NCBI RefSeq assembly: GCF_018977255.1
Contig: NW_024704748.1
Span: 15,004,001 to 15,068,000 of the forward strand
Direction: 5' to 3'
Length of the DNA stretch: 64,000 nt
Source: Callorhinchus milii
Lineage: Eukaryota
In this document: positions 1 to 12,692 of the stretch, in pieces
Layout: each line of letters starts with the position of its first letter
How positions within the stretch are numbered: position 1 is the stretch's first letter
Position numbers and translations under genes: made by a program
The notes under the pieces: generated by a model
The model's input: only the letters and a program-made list of their open reading frames with translations
What the model was told of the DNA's origin: nothing
Databases searched by the model: none

Positions 1-56
1 TTCCTGGAATTCCATCAATTTACAAAGGAGAAAAGGCTTTGGCATATAAAACTTAC

Positions 57-3000
57 TGTTATAATCACCATATCCTTGTCCATAACCATAATAGCCATAG
101 TTGTATGCTGGGTAGTCATAGCCGCTATACCCACCATAACCCTGGCCATAGCCATAGCTATAGTTTCCATAACTTGGGTTCCAATAGTTACTGTTGTAGC
201 TTTGGTTCCAGTTTTGGCTTTGTCCTAGTCAGGAGAGCAAAGAAAACAAATGTATTTAAAAATTGGGATTAAAAAATGATTTATAGCTAGTTTGCAAAGG
301 AGGAGCTAAAGGTGTCTTTAATATGTAAAAGAAAATGGAGCAGTCAAGTCAAAATACAAGTCTCCAGAGAGCCAATGTAGAGAACTGGTCTGTGGTAATG
401 ATTAAAATAAATGTTCGTGGGTGATACAGGAACTAGATGCAATTTACAGAACAATGCAAAAGAAGGCAAAATTATGCAGCAACACTGGCGCATGAGGGCA
501 TTCTTGCCACTGGTGCAGCTGGTGAGGGATACTATCAAGGGAGAAAACTAGATAGGAAAAAAAATGCTAAGTCTCCTACTGGATAGGCAACCAGGAAAAG
601 TACCAAGAGGCTTGCTCAAGTGGCTATTCTTCACATACAAGCCAAGCAAACAACCATTGACAAGTTAACTGACCTTGTGGGTATTGCTGTGAACCAATCC
701 AATGCCCACTTTCCATCTCAAATCACCGGATAGCAAACAGGAACACTGAGGGACTTCCTCCCTTCCTAGTAAGGAGGAACTGAAGCCAACTGCAATGTCC
801 CCATAACTCTATTTGCATGATTGAACAAAACCATTACTATTACTTCTTACCTTTTGATCCATCAGAGGTATCTCTTGCTGCTTGTATCATATCTTTGAAA
901 AATAAAAGTTCTTTGCAGATTTGAATCACTTAACTATGGTTTCCAATTCCAGGAACTTTTCCAAACACAAGTTTAATTTTGTAGCTGCTTAAATATGCAA
1001 GTATTATTTTCAGCATTAGCATTCCTCACCTTGAGCAATCTTTTTTTTCCGAACACCCACCAAAAGTGCTCGATAAATGTAACTACTCTAAAATGAAGTG
1101 ATTTGACCTTAAATGTTCTGAGATCTCATGCATTTATGATAATTTAAACATTGAATAAGATCATCAAAATTAATGATCCAAATATCCCTTCTTGAAATTA
1201 CACTTGGCAATCGCTCAATAGACACCAACACGGTGAACATGTATATGTGGGTACTGGCGAGATGAATTCTACAAAGCTCATGAATTACCATCATTGGCTA
1301 CAACAAAGAATTTTATCCCAAAATAAGCAGCTTTGAATAATTCACTTTTTTTTTACATTTTTACATGAAATGAGGGCTGAACACTTGATTAGAATATCCC
1401 AAACAATACCTCCTCTACCTCTTCCTCTACCAGAGAATCCACCTCGGCCTCCCCATTGCTGTTGCTGGTACACCTCCTTAGGCTGGGCCAATTTGATTTC
1501 AACCTTTGGGAAAAATGTATTGAAATATGAACTTTACTAATGTGGCAAATCACATTTATATGAAAATATAAATCATATTAACAATAAATATAATAAATAA
1601 ATAATCCTTGCATTTGATATAGCGCTTTTCACGTCGGGAGGATGTCCCAAAGCGCTTCACAGAACACACTGTAAAGTGAATTGACTGTATATTTGTGGAC
1701 CAACGCGGCAGCCAATTGCGCACAGCAATGTCCCACAAACAGTCGTAGATTGAAAATGACCAATTTATTATTGTTTTGGGTTTTTTGGAGGGATTATTAT
1801 TAGGCATATGGAGTAAGGAAACTTGCCCAAGGTTTCGCCCTGCCTGGAATTGAACTCAGGTCTCTCGCTTGCAAAGCGAGTGCTCTAACCACTGAGCTAC
1901 AGGACTCCACAATCCAAAGGATTTGAATAGCTGGATAGCTAAACTTTACATATTCCTAATTTAAGGAGGTCCTAAAAAGAGTTTGGAAAAAATGCCATGT
2001 ACCTCAAGGCCAAAACTTTTATAAAGCTTTCCACAATCACATTCGTACCTTGCTTGTACCAACATCATGGAACTTCTTTTCCATAATTGCCTTCACTGGA
2101 TTCTCATCTTTAAACGTTATGAAACAGAAACCTCTTCTCTTGTTGGTCTTAGTGTCCATAGGAAGCTCAATAGATTCAATCTATTAAATCAAACAAAACC
2201 ACTGTTAAGTATTTTTTTCCAAATTCCCTGGAAAGACATGGATATCTTCACAATAACCTAATTTTGAAGCTAAATACCCTCAAGGTTTAAGTAACTGCAA
2301 AGGGTTTTAATTTTTTTCAATTAACTATGTAGTGTGAATTTGTTATTCCAGCTCGGGATCTGGAACATTCCATTACCCAGCAAAGTGTTCAGAAACAACT
2401 TAAGTACAACCAAAATAAAGAGAATACATTTTAAAAATTCAAGCATAGAAATCTTCAGCACAGGAGATGGCCTGAAGTGTCTGGAAACCTTTCGAGGCAC
2501 TTAAAGTTTAGCTCTCGTTTTTATGATTCTGGGAAAAATAATTTAGAGTATCCTATAAGTTGAAATAAATAGATTGACAAATTCATTGCAACAACTTACC
2601 TCTCCAAAAGTTCCAAAATAGTTCCTCACTTTTTCCTCTGGACAGTCAGGGTCCAAACCACCCACAAAGATCTTTTTGATTGGTTCCTTTCCCTTCATAG
2701 CTTGAGCTCTCTTCGGATCAATAACTCTCCCATCAAGTTTGTGCTCTTTGTATTTCAATACCTGGACGTTTGCGAAGAAAATCATGATCATTCATTGCTT
2801 CAAATTGCAAAATGAATTGTACTAAAGTCAACTTTAAATGATAGAACATAGGTGAAGAAAGCCAAAGATTAAGATAAACAGAAGCAACACAATTTGCTTC
2901 AGAAAAATACTAGGACCTCATGCACAAGCACTTCATTCTTTTGAGAACAGTCATTAGGTATTGGATTTCTATTTAACCTAACCTTGGTCTATGTGCACAG

Positions 3001-6000
3001 CAAAATGCATTAGCTTTGTAGATAACCTGTACACTCACTTACATTGCAGCAAGGTAGGTTAAATGTACTACAATATCTATGCCTATATGAATACTTGCAG
3101 TAACAGTAGCAATAAACTACAAATATAAAAACATAGCAAATGATTCCAAACTAAAATTAAATGTGCTTTCAATCACTTTCTAGAAATTTTGCAACAATTA
3201 AGACTAACAATTTAAAGTTACAATTAGAGCGGTTATTAGATTTAAACATATTTAAAATTCCAGCCCAAATTATTAAAGTTTTCCCATGCTCCCATTAACA
3301 CTAATTATCTCATCTTAACAAGAAACCATGGAACATCCCTCTGCAGAGCAAGTTGAATAACGCTGTTCATTTAATCTTGGAAATATTCCAAAATCCAATA
3401 TAGCCTACGAGTGCCAAGAGTGCATGGTTCACAATAGAACTTCTGGCCAGAGTGCCATTGACAGTTTAGTGAGCAAATGCATCACCCAGTGTGATAGAGC
3501 CATACAAGCTAGAATGGTTCCACAATCCATTCCAGTTTGTCTTAGCCAATTTCAGCTAGGCTGAATGTTAGTAGAGGGCTGCTTAAATTTGCCTCAACAT
3601 CCTGGGTTCAAAGAGAAGAGGGGAAATGAACCAGGGTCTCCTGCTTGCTATCTAATCATTCCTCCCCTTCAAAAGCAGCAGCCTCTCCCATGGTTGAATA
3701 GCCTGCCGACACTCACTGCTGCTGCCCTTGGAACCCACCATGAGTCAGCACCTTTAGGAAAGGAGAGAAGAAAATTAGTAACCGATGCCAAACTATTTTC
3801 TCCTCCCGATCACAAATTTAATAAATCCACAAAATGCAAAAATATATTTTAAAATGGTATCAATTACTTATGGTACCATCTCTAAATCATACTGCCAATT
3901 ACAGTGGATATACTGGGTTTACTATTGTGAAGCATGTTCCTGACTGAATTTAACAGTTCCAAATATAACTGGATTGAACACACTGTTGAACGTGAATGCT
4001 TTATTTTGCAAGTTTCAAAGTGAATGCTCTCATCTTTCTTACTGAGTGCAGAACAATTCTTCGCAAAGATTAATTTTAATTCTACAATAGCACCTGAACC
4101 TTTTTTTTTTAATATACAGTTCTAAAGTTATAAATTAATAAGAGTTCACAATTTAACAATACTCATTGAATGAAGTTGTACAGTTTATTGGTATGGATTT
4201 TACTGTAGCAGTTTTAGAATTAAAACATTTGCTGGAATTGGAATACATTCGAACAAGAGCCAATTCCTGTATACTATCTGGCAAATTCCCTCAGTTAGAC
4301 ATAAACGACTGCAGAACAGAGATTAACAGGAATATTCATCTTTAAGAAGCAGCTGATTAACAACAAGAATCTTGTATATTCCAGCCACATATTTCTGGCC
4401 ATGAAATGAAAAAAAATCTCAAATTCACCACAATCAAATTATGATTCCCATAGATTCAACATTGTCCTAATACATTAGTGTCATGGTACAGAGTAGCTAA
4501 TGCCTTTTCAATCGTCAGCTGTAGGGACAAAAACTGATGAAAACAGAACAGAGTTCCTGGTCCTAATCACGAGTGAATAACCAATGTGTTGAGGTCATAG
4601 GGGGACTGAATCGAGCTTAGCGTTGATACAATTAGGATCCAACTTCCAGGTAAGATAAATATGACACACATTGCCCTGACTCAGACAATGGTCGCTCGGG
4701 CAAGGCAGACACAATCTAGCTCCAGAGTTGAAAGAGTAGAGGAATAAAAATGACATATGCATACAACCGCCAGGAAGGTGGAAGGCGAACTAGATGGACC
4801 ATGGTCTTTTTTAGGTCTAGCATTTCTTATGATCTCAGTTCAAACTATACTGGCAGTGTAAATGCTATCAAACCAGCATGCACATTATCCCATTTCAAAG
4901 TTTCCCATTTAGTTATGACTCTCCCCATGATGCAGATTCCATTGCAATATTTAAACTGATGCTAATACCTTCTCCCCATAGTGCTTGAGCTTCCAAAAAT
5001 CCTAGCTTTAAATGCAGCATTACAATTTTTCTCTATACGCAAGCTCTGTCTACACCTATTAGATTTCTCTAGATGATCCTACAAAAGTGAGTTCAACAAT
5101 GGATTTCAACATTAAAGATTGTTGTCTTATTTGCTGAAGCATTTGAAGATGTATTAATTTACAAACTTGCCTTCATCAAAATTTCAAAGTAATAAAGCTT
5201 CAAGGTAGTACAAAGAGTACTGAGATGCAGTGGCATGACTGGTACCAGAATACTCAAAATAGCTCAATTCTGAGAAATGATGCTTATTGTTTAAAAGTGG
5301 TCTTTGTATAGCTAAATCTGAGGTGCACGTCCCCACAAAAGCGTACACAGCAAAGTGCAAAGTTTATTATCAAGGTCAATTCTACTGACAGACACTCTCC
5401 ATCCAGGCTGATTGTGTTTGATAATCTTTAAAATTAACTCCAGTAAAGCTTTTCAACAAGCTGATGCAGAGCTGGCAGTAGATCATATCATGCTTCAACA
5501 ATAAACATCAGTATACCTAAAAAAAATGTGCAGCGTTGAAAGGGGGTAAAGAGAGTAATGGAAGAGATACTGAGAAATACCACAAATAGATAATGCAGCA
5601 AAATTCAGACATCCCAAAAGATTTACTCCCAGTGTTTTACGGAGGAAGTGCACATCTTCCTTTTGATGACCTGTCCTACATTTAAACTGTTTAGAACTAT
5701 ATTAGAACCACACTGAACAAGCAAAACTTTTTGCCACTTCTTGTTCCATGAATTCACAAAATAAAAAAAATACCTACAGCAGTAAACGACCCCAAAGCTC
5801 TCATATGTGCAGGTTTCAATTGAATCCATTTTTAAAACATCTTCAACAATTTAAAGAAAAAATACTCCATTTAAAAACACTTTAAAAAATAATCCTTTCA
5901 TTTGATATAAAAAAATAGTTCTGCCTACTTCAAAATGCTAACCCATTTTCCATTATGATAGAATTTTTGTACTAAGACATCCACCCAATTTTTCCAGATG

Positions 6001-9000
6001 TCAACCCCTGGATTTACATTAACTTATTATATAAGGCTTAATGTTTGACAGCCTTTTTTCATTTATACATTTTAGGAACTGTTGTATCACTGTAGTGCTG
6101 GACACAAGTTAACACCCAATCTTCTCAATCTCTACTATAGCATCGCAAAAACACATCCCTACAAAAAAGGGAAAGTAGAAGAGTAAATAAATTGTCACTA
6201 TGGGTTGATTACTCTCTTACACTTCCTAGTGGCAACTCAAGTGGCCTTTGCAAAGGCCTAGAAGCTGGTTGTCTGCCTTCTCGGTGAAATAACGGTGCAT
6301 GCATCTGGAGACCTGAAATGGGTGAAAATAAAAATCTAAAATGGAAACAAAAATTCTACTGTTCAACCTTGTACATTTTATAAAATCAGGATGCTTCTCA
6401 TTTGACCTGTTCAAAGCCAGGTTAAAAACAGGCAGTTAATACCAAATCCTACCTTGTCTACACTTTCAGGATCCTTGAAGAGGACAAAACCAAATCCTCG
6501 TGAACGCCCAGTCACAGGGTCCATTTTGATTACGCAGTCTACAATTTCTCCAAACTTAGAAAAGTAGTCCCTTAAATCTTTCTTGCTCGTTTCCCAGCTG
6601 AGTCCACCAACAAACATCTTCCTGCACAGTGATAATATAAAAAAGGAAGTGCAAATCAGTTTTTTAAAATAGTGCCAGTACAAATTATTATCTTAAGTCT
6701 GGTGTTGAGCAGCACTGGATAATGCTCACTTTCTCCTGCATTACCAGAACACTGCATCTCCAATTCTGGATTTTAACAGACAATTTTTACAATTATACTC
6801 TCAATTCTGGACCTGTGGTTACACAACTAATGTTAAATTACCAAGAACACTTGCAGTCACCCTGGCTCTCTCCTCGCCTAACACTTTGGACTCAAGTGGC
6901 TATTGTATAGGTGTGAGCCTACACAGCGAGTACTGACATGCTACAGTATTTGACTGGAGGGAGTGGCGATGAATCAAAGCACAGCTCAATTCTGTTCTCA
7001 CATGGCATTTACAAGCATGAGCTCCAAGCAGGAGTCACTGGTGCTGCAGGATCAAACCTACAGCAATTACAAATACAGTACTCAACAAATGTTCCAAATG
7101 CACAAATCCTCTTCATCTGTAACATTCTGAGGCCAGTAGTTGCCATAATAATGAAATCAAAGCTTTAAAAAAAAGCTCTGATCCATTAAAACAAATCATT
7201 AGCACACATATATCCACAAAACAATTTAATTACAAAGTTCCTATGCTTGAGGATAAAGGACAAAGGCAATTTTGTACCTCATCTTTCATCACAAATATGG
7301 AATTAATTTCCATTTAGGATACTGTACATAACAACACTACCACGTAAGACAACACTTTATTATAAAAATAGTAAATTGGTCACTTCAATCCACGACTGTT
7401 TGTGGGACACTGCTGGGCACAATTTGGCTGCTGCGTTTCGCCCACAAATATACAGTCAATTCACTTTACAGTATATTCTGTGAAGCGCTTTGAGACTTCT
7501 AGAAGACGTGAAAAGCGCTATATCAAATGCAAGGATTATTATTATTATACAAGTCATATATTAGCAACAATAAAAATGACCACTGATAATAATAATCCTA
7601 ATATTTGGTAGAGTGCTTTTCACATCGGGAGGATGTCCCAAAGCGCTTCACAGGATTTACTGTAAAGTGCAGTGACTGTTTTGGAGCAAACATGGCAGCC
7701 AATTTGCACACAGCATTGTCCTACAAACAGCCATAAAGTGAATGACCAATTTTATTTTGGGGATTGTTGGCCAGGACATGGGACAAACTCCCTTCAAACT
7801 ACTATAATGCTGGAGAATTTCCCAAAGGTAACATGAAAATGTTACAAGAATTCACATTCCCACCATTGCTCTTTACTGGAAACACAGTGACACATTTACA
7901 TACCTAAACAGATCAAATTTGAATCATATCTACAAATGCTATATATTTAATTTCTAAAGTTAGTTTGTTCCACTGTAAAACAAGTAGTAAGAAGTCTCCT
8001 GGCCACCTTTGCACAAATACACATATCAAAATCAAACCTGTTATCAAGACTGCTAACTGCCCAGATGTACACACTATAAGCCATGAAGAGTTGTAATATT
8101 TGCTCATTACCAAAAGTAGTATTGATATGCAGATGACCACACTAAAAGAGGTAATAGCCAAATGACAGGAGAAGTGGTTTCCATCGGAGAAAAAAATGTG
8201 GGTGCAGTTAAAGAGGAAAGACATGTTCCAAGAACTTTAAAATGGTGAGAAGCATAGATGAAGTAGATGTAGGCTATTCTACCAGTAAGAGTAGTTAATC
8301 ACTTGTTAACTAAGTCAGTTGAAAGAGAGTAGGATGAATAGGTCAGTTGGAAATGTGCTTAAGTTTATAAGGTTAGCCAAGGACAGATGAGCAAATATAC
8401 TGTGGATATTATGGTTTTGTTCCAAGCTGCTCAATCGGGATTGGGGAGGAATAGGGTGCAGCATGCTAGGAAATAATCCTTGCATTTGATATAGCGCCTT
8501 ATCACGTCTTCTCGAAACTTCTCAAAACGCTTCACAGAATATACTGTAAAGTGAATTGAGTGTATATTTTGTGGGAGAAACTCAGCAGTCAATTGGACAC
8601 ACCAGTGTTCCACAAACAGTTGTGGATTGAGTGACTAATTTTTTTTTAAGGAATTATTACCCCCAGAAAAGCAATTCACCAATCGACTAACAACCAGGTT
8701 CCTACTTACTGCTAGGTAAACAGAGGCATGTGGAGTAAGGAAACTTACCCAACGTTTCGCCCTGCCGGGTATCGAACCCAGATTTCTCTCTTGCTAGGTG
8801 AGTGCTCGAACTACTGAGCTACAGGACTATACATACATACCATTGGTATGAGCAGAAAGGTCAGCGGAAACTGGTTAGAAATATGGAACACAATCATGTA
8901 TTCAGATGCATTACAAATTACCTGTCAGACAAGTAGCAAACAGCTACTTATGTTTGAAGCTTTTACAAACTGATTGCTGTGGAGCAATGCGTTATGGAGT

Positions 9001-12000
9001 GGTAGGTGGGTTGAGTCACAATCCCCCCCTAAAGATTCTGGAGGCACAATCAAATGGGATGTGAAATAGATATATACTTGTACAGTAATGGTATTATGAA
9101 GAGTATGAAGAAAAGGTGAGGAAATGGAATTAAGAGATACAGGACTCGTACTACCGATTTGCTCAGTTACCTTTGGGAATCAATTTTGAGGTTGAGGGTT
9201 AAATCATTGGAATACAATCCTAAATAGGATAGTACATGGTCTGTGGAAGGAACAGACTTAATGATCTTTTGTTATTCTATGCATTCTCATGTTTTAATAG
9301 GTACTTGCCTCAGAATCATCTAATGATATTAGACACATCAATAGAACAGAGGGCATGTCTAATTGCTAAAACCCCTCACATTAACCAGCTAGTGCTGAGT
9401 AAGCCTGTTACTTGACAATAGACGTGGACCTTGAACTCATCAAAAAAACTGAAGCATCACAAGCCGTACTGTAAAGATCCTCTCACCACGCTGAAGGGAG
9501 ATGTCCATCAGACAGCTGATGAGGTAACTCTGAGGCATGGGATGACAGCTGCTGGAAAGTTTTATCTGGAATTTAAGATTGGGAATACACTTCCATACAC
9601 CCAACACTTGAAATCTACCTTGATTGGTTTGTAGAGAGGTAAGCAGCTGCTATTCAATCTCCTCACTGCCAACTGGTGGAACCATTGCTCAATGGGAAGG
9701 AATGTGTGTGCTCTCACACTTTTCATGCTGAGTTGTATGGCCACCAGGAATAATATTCCTTGTATTTGACTTATCACATTTCACATCTTCTAGACATCTC
9801 AAAGCTCTTCACAGAATATACTGTAACGTGAATTGACTGTATATTTGTGGGCAAAGGGAGGGAGTTCTGGTACTTGCCACCCACCTAGTGAGGGCTCAAA
9901 CCTGCATTTGTCAGATGTTAAATGACCAACTGGTAACTCTCCTCTGGAGTGCTCCAGGACACTGCTAAGGCAGCCTATTTCATCAGCAGACCCAGGAAGG
10001 GCAGACCAGTCACTGTGAGCAGGGACTCTTTCCACTGAGCTCTCATTAACTCTGCAAGCCAAAGCTCCAACAGGCACGGTGGCCCAATCTGGACAAGCAA
10101 TGGGAAAGCTTGCCAGCTGTGCTTTCAATGGCAAACTACGCAATTTCATCTGTTGACCAGTTGACCATCCAGTTGACCAAAAGAAATAATTGACAAAAAA
10201 AACAATCTTTGTGACTCATTTGTTACCTTTGCTCTACTAATACATACATAATCCCTCCTTGCATTTGATACAGAGCTTTTCACATCTTCCAAGACGTCTC
10301 AAAGCACTTCACAGAATACGCTGTAAAGTCAATTGTGACTGTATTTTGTGGGCGAAACGCGGCAGCCAATTGCGCACAGCAGTGTCCCACAAACAGTCGT
10401 GGATTTAGTGACCAAATTATTATCTATTTTTGAGGGATTATTATCTGCGGAAAAGCGATCCGCCAATCGACTAACAACCGGGTTCCTACTTACTGCTAGG
10501 TAAATAGAGGCGTGTGAAGTAAGGAAATTTGCCCAACGTTTCACCCAGCCGGGAATAGAACCCAGGTCTCTCACTTTAATACATTCATTAAAACTCCTAA
10601 TAATAATAATAATCCTTGTATTTGATATAGGGCTTTTCACGTCTTCTCGACATCTCAAAGCGCTTCAGGGAAGAGACTGCAAAATGAATGGACCGTATAG
10701 TTGCGGGCGAAATGCAACGTTGCTCACCCGCAAAAATTATATCCGCAAACAAACCCACAAAGAAACGCACAAATCCTTCAGAGAAGAAAGAAAATGTTTG
10801 AAACTGGAATTGTCAGAAAGTGCCGAGGAAATTCTAACTCTCGGTACTCGCTTTGCAAGCGAGAGACCTGAGTTCAATTCCAGGCAGAGGGCGAAACCTT
10901 GGGCAAGTTTCCTTACTCCACACAGAGCCTAATAATAATCCCTCCAAAACCAAAAACAATAATAAATTGGTCATTTTCAATCTACGACTGTTTGTGGGAC
11001 ATTGCTGTGCGCAATTGGCTGCCGCGTTCGCCCACAAATATACAGTCAATTCACTTTACAGTATATTCTGTGAAGCGCTTTGGGACGTCCTCCCAACGTG
11101 AAAAGCGCTATATCAAATGCAAGGATTATTATTATTATTAAGTGACTCAAAACTATAACTTGTGACTGATGACACCCTTCACCTCTCAGCCCCTCCACCC
11201 CCACACCTCACGGTGGGCAATCTTCGATGTGATTTAAACCGTTACATTCAGTGCATCTCCCCCCACCCCTCCCGGCGACTCGAGAAGCTTCTTTTTTCGG
11301 ACCTTGCGATAAATACCAAACCCCTATATTTTTTTTCCGCTCTACATATCTCCGCTCCGACACAGACACTCGCTGTGGGTTTGTGCACCTCAGGCGGGGG
11401 GGGGGGGGGGGTAGGGAGGGGGGAGTAAGGAGAGGGGGGGGTAAGGAGGGGGGGGGGGGTAAAGAGGGGGGAGGGGGGTAGTAGGTGGGTGGGGGGTAGT
11501 AGGTGGGGGGTTAAGGGGGGTAAGGAGGGGGGGGTAAGGGGGGGTAAGGAGGGGGGGTAAGGAGGGGGGGGTAAGGGGGGGTAAGGGTAAGGGGTAAGGG
11601 GGGGGAGGGGGAGGGAGGGCTGAAGTGAAGTGAATTCAAAGCCCGGGGTCACAGGCGCAATAACAGGGCCCGGGAGAGTTACAGCCCCGTTATGGTTACG
11701 GCTCAGGCCTCAGGCCTCGGAACCCAATTTTATACCCAAAAATATATAAAATGTACACAGGGGGTGAGGGTGGGGGAGAGGGGGAGAGGGGGAGAGGGCT
11801 CCCCTCGTACTGCAGCCCCTTCCCTCCCCGCGGCCTCCCTCTCGCTTACCCCTCATCCTCCTCGTTTTTACTGGCGTTAATCTTGGATCCTTCCACGTCT
11901 TTCTGCTCGGAGCTGCCGTCCTCGGCGCCTTCCATCCGCCCCGAGGCCTCGCTGCTCGTCGCCTCGCCGGTCGCGGCGGCGGCTGCTGCTGCTGCTGCTG

Positions 12001-12163
12001 CCGCCGCCTCCTCGGCCCCGGGCTTAGCTTTGGCCATGCCCGAAAAGGCGTTGTCGGCGCTGGGCTGCTGCGAGCCGTAACTGTAGAAGGCGGAGCCGAA
12101 GCCGTCGCCGTCCGCTCCAGCCGCCGCGCCGCCGTTTTCAGTGAATTGAACCGCGTCCGCCAT
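57..12163 (-). CDS. hnRNP A/B / D / DL-family RNA-binding protein (2 RRMs + RGG + Gly/Tyr-rich tail); 3' end lies beyond the window
   Basis: GT-AG exons in continuous frame: 12163-11850 (MADAVQF...[12 protein letters not shown]), 6621-6453 ([16 protein letters not shown]...[13 protein letters not shown]1), 2761-2600 ([14 protein letters not shown]...KKIFVGGL), 2180-2049 ([12 protein letters not shown]2), 1503-1410 ([21 protein letters not shown]), 224-57 ([12 protein letters not shown]...GYGDYN). Exact paralog not assignable by eye. Confidence 0.93.
1590..1908 (-). mobile_element. Full-length young tRNA(Ala-like)-derived SINE
   Basis: Minus strand reads GGAGTCCTGTAGCTCAGTGGTTAGAGCACTCGCTTTGCAAGCGAG (A-box, TGC anticodon loop), GAGTTCAATTCC (B-box), then AAGCGCTATATCAAATGCAAGG(ATT)n tail. 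Near-identical to 25231-25548. Confidence 0.9.
4250..4835 (+). mobile_element. Degenerate CR1-like LINE 3' end
   Basis: Ends in GCGAACTAGATGGACCATGGTCTTTTTT...TTTCTTATGATCT, resembling CR1 3' termini; no intact ORF. Confidence 0.45.
7371..7547 (+). mobile_element. 5'-truncated SINE copy
   Basis: Matches the 3' part of the SINE family and ends in GGATTATTATTATT. Confidence 0.85.
7590..7800 (-). mobile_element. Older diverged SINE fragment sharing the same 3' tail
   Basis: Degenerate reverse-complement match to the SINE tail (CCCAAAGCGCTTCACAG...ACTGTAAAGTG). Confidence 0.65.
8472..8828 (-). mobile_element. Full-length SINE, variant with an extra central segment
   Basis: tRNA head ending at 8828 (AGTCCTGTAGCTCAGTAG on minus), central GCCTCTGTTTACCTAGCAGTAAGTAGGAACC segment, shared 3' tail. 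Confidence 0.85.
9750..9853 (-). mobile_element. SINE 3' tail fragment
   Basis: Reverse-complement match to the SINE tail. Confidence 0.7.
10250..10668 (-). mobile_element. SINE (central-segment variant, 10250-10575) plus an adjacent tail fragment (10599-10668)
   Basis: Same central segment as 8472-8828; a second (ATT)n tail follows immediately. Confidence 0.8.
10845..11140 (+). mobile_element. Young SINE copy, slightly 5'-truncated
   Basis: Near-identical to 25231-25548; (ATT)n tail. Confidence 0.9.
11395..11620 (+). repeat. G-rich low-complexity tract with GGGGGTAA(GGA) units in hnRNP intron 1
   Basis: Visible runs of G interrupted by TAA/TAG. Confidence 0.85.
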
Positions 12164-12455
12164 CTTGCGAGAATCAGCGAGAGACTGGCTCAGGGCTGAT
12201 TGACAGGCGTCCCGGCCAATCGGGGGGCTGCTCCTGCCCGTCGTCAGGCGCTGAGGGCGGGACTGACTAGTGATTGACAGCCCCTTTTGCCAATCCGCGG
12301 GCGGAGGTGGGCGCACGGGAGGATTGACAGGTGATTGACGTCCCGCTTCGCCAATCAAAAGAGGAAAGCGGATCTGGCCAGCACAATGCAAGAATAAATT
12401 GAACCAATCAGCCTGGTGTTCCCACTGCCAGTCAGTCATCCTGGGCCAATAGGAA
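12157..12455 (-). promoter_or_regulatory. CpG-island promoter/5' UTR of the hnRNP gene with PBX-PREP/MEIS decamers, five CCAAT boxes and a YY1-type motif over the ATG
   Basis: TGATTGACAG at 12197 and 12271, variants at 12321 and 12332; CCAAT at 12216, 12290, 12351, 12404, 12446; AAGATGGCGG on minus at 12157-12166. Confidence 0.75.
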
Positions 12456-12509
12456 TGTGCGGCCGCACTTTATCCGCTACAAACAGCCTCTCGGGTACCA
12501 ACCTTTACA

Positions 12510-12692
12510 TCGGTCACTCAATCCACGGCTGTGTGCGGGTCACCGCCGAACACAATTGGCTGCTGCGTTTCGCCCACAAAATACACAGTCAATTCACTTA
12601 TATGTTTCCATGTTGCAGTATATTCTGTGAAGGGCTTTGAGATGTCTGGAAGATGTGATAAGGCGCTATATCAAATGCAAGGATTATTATTA
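12510..12692 (+). mobile_element. 5'-truncated SINE copy
   Basis: SINE 3' region ending GCGCTATATCAAATGCAAGGATTATTATT. Confidence 0.8.

Noticed and set aside
10853-11141. Recurrent short ORFs (MGKFPYST..., ...[12 protein letters not shown]) resembling a small gene family
   Set aside because: They are incidental translations of SINE copies with variable frames.
11846-12439. 197-aa ORF as an N-terminally extended hnRNP
   Set aside because: The extension runs through the CCAAT/PBX promoter motifs; the ATG at 12163 has strong context (AAGATGG).
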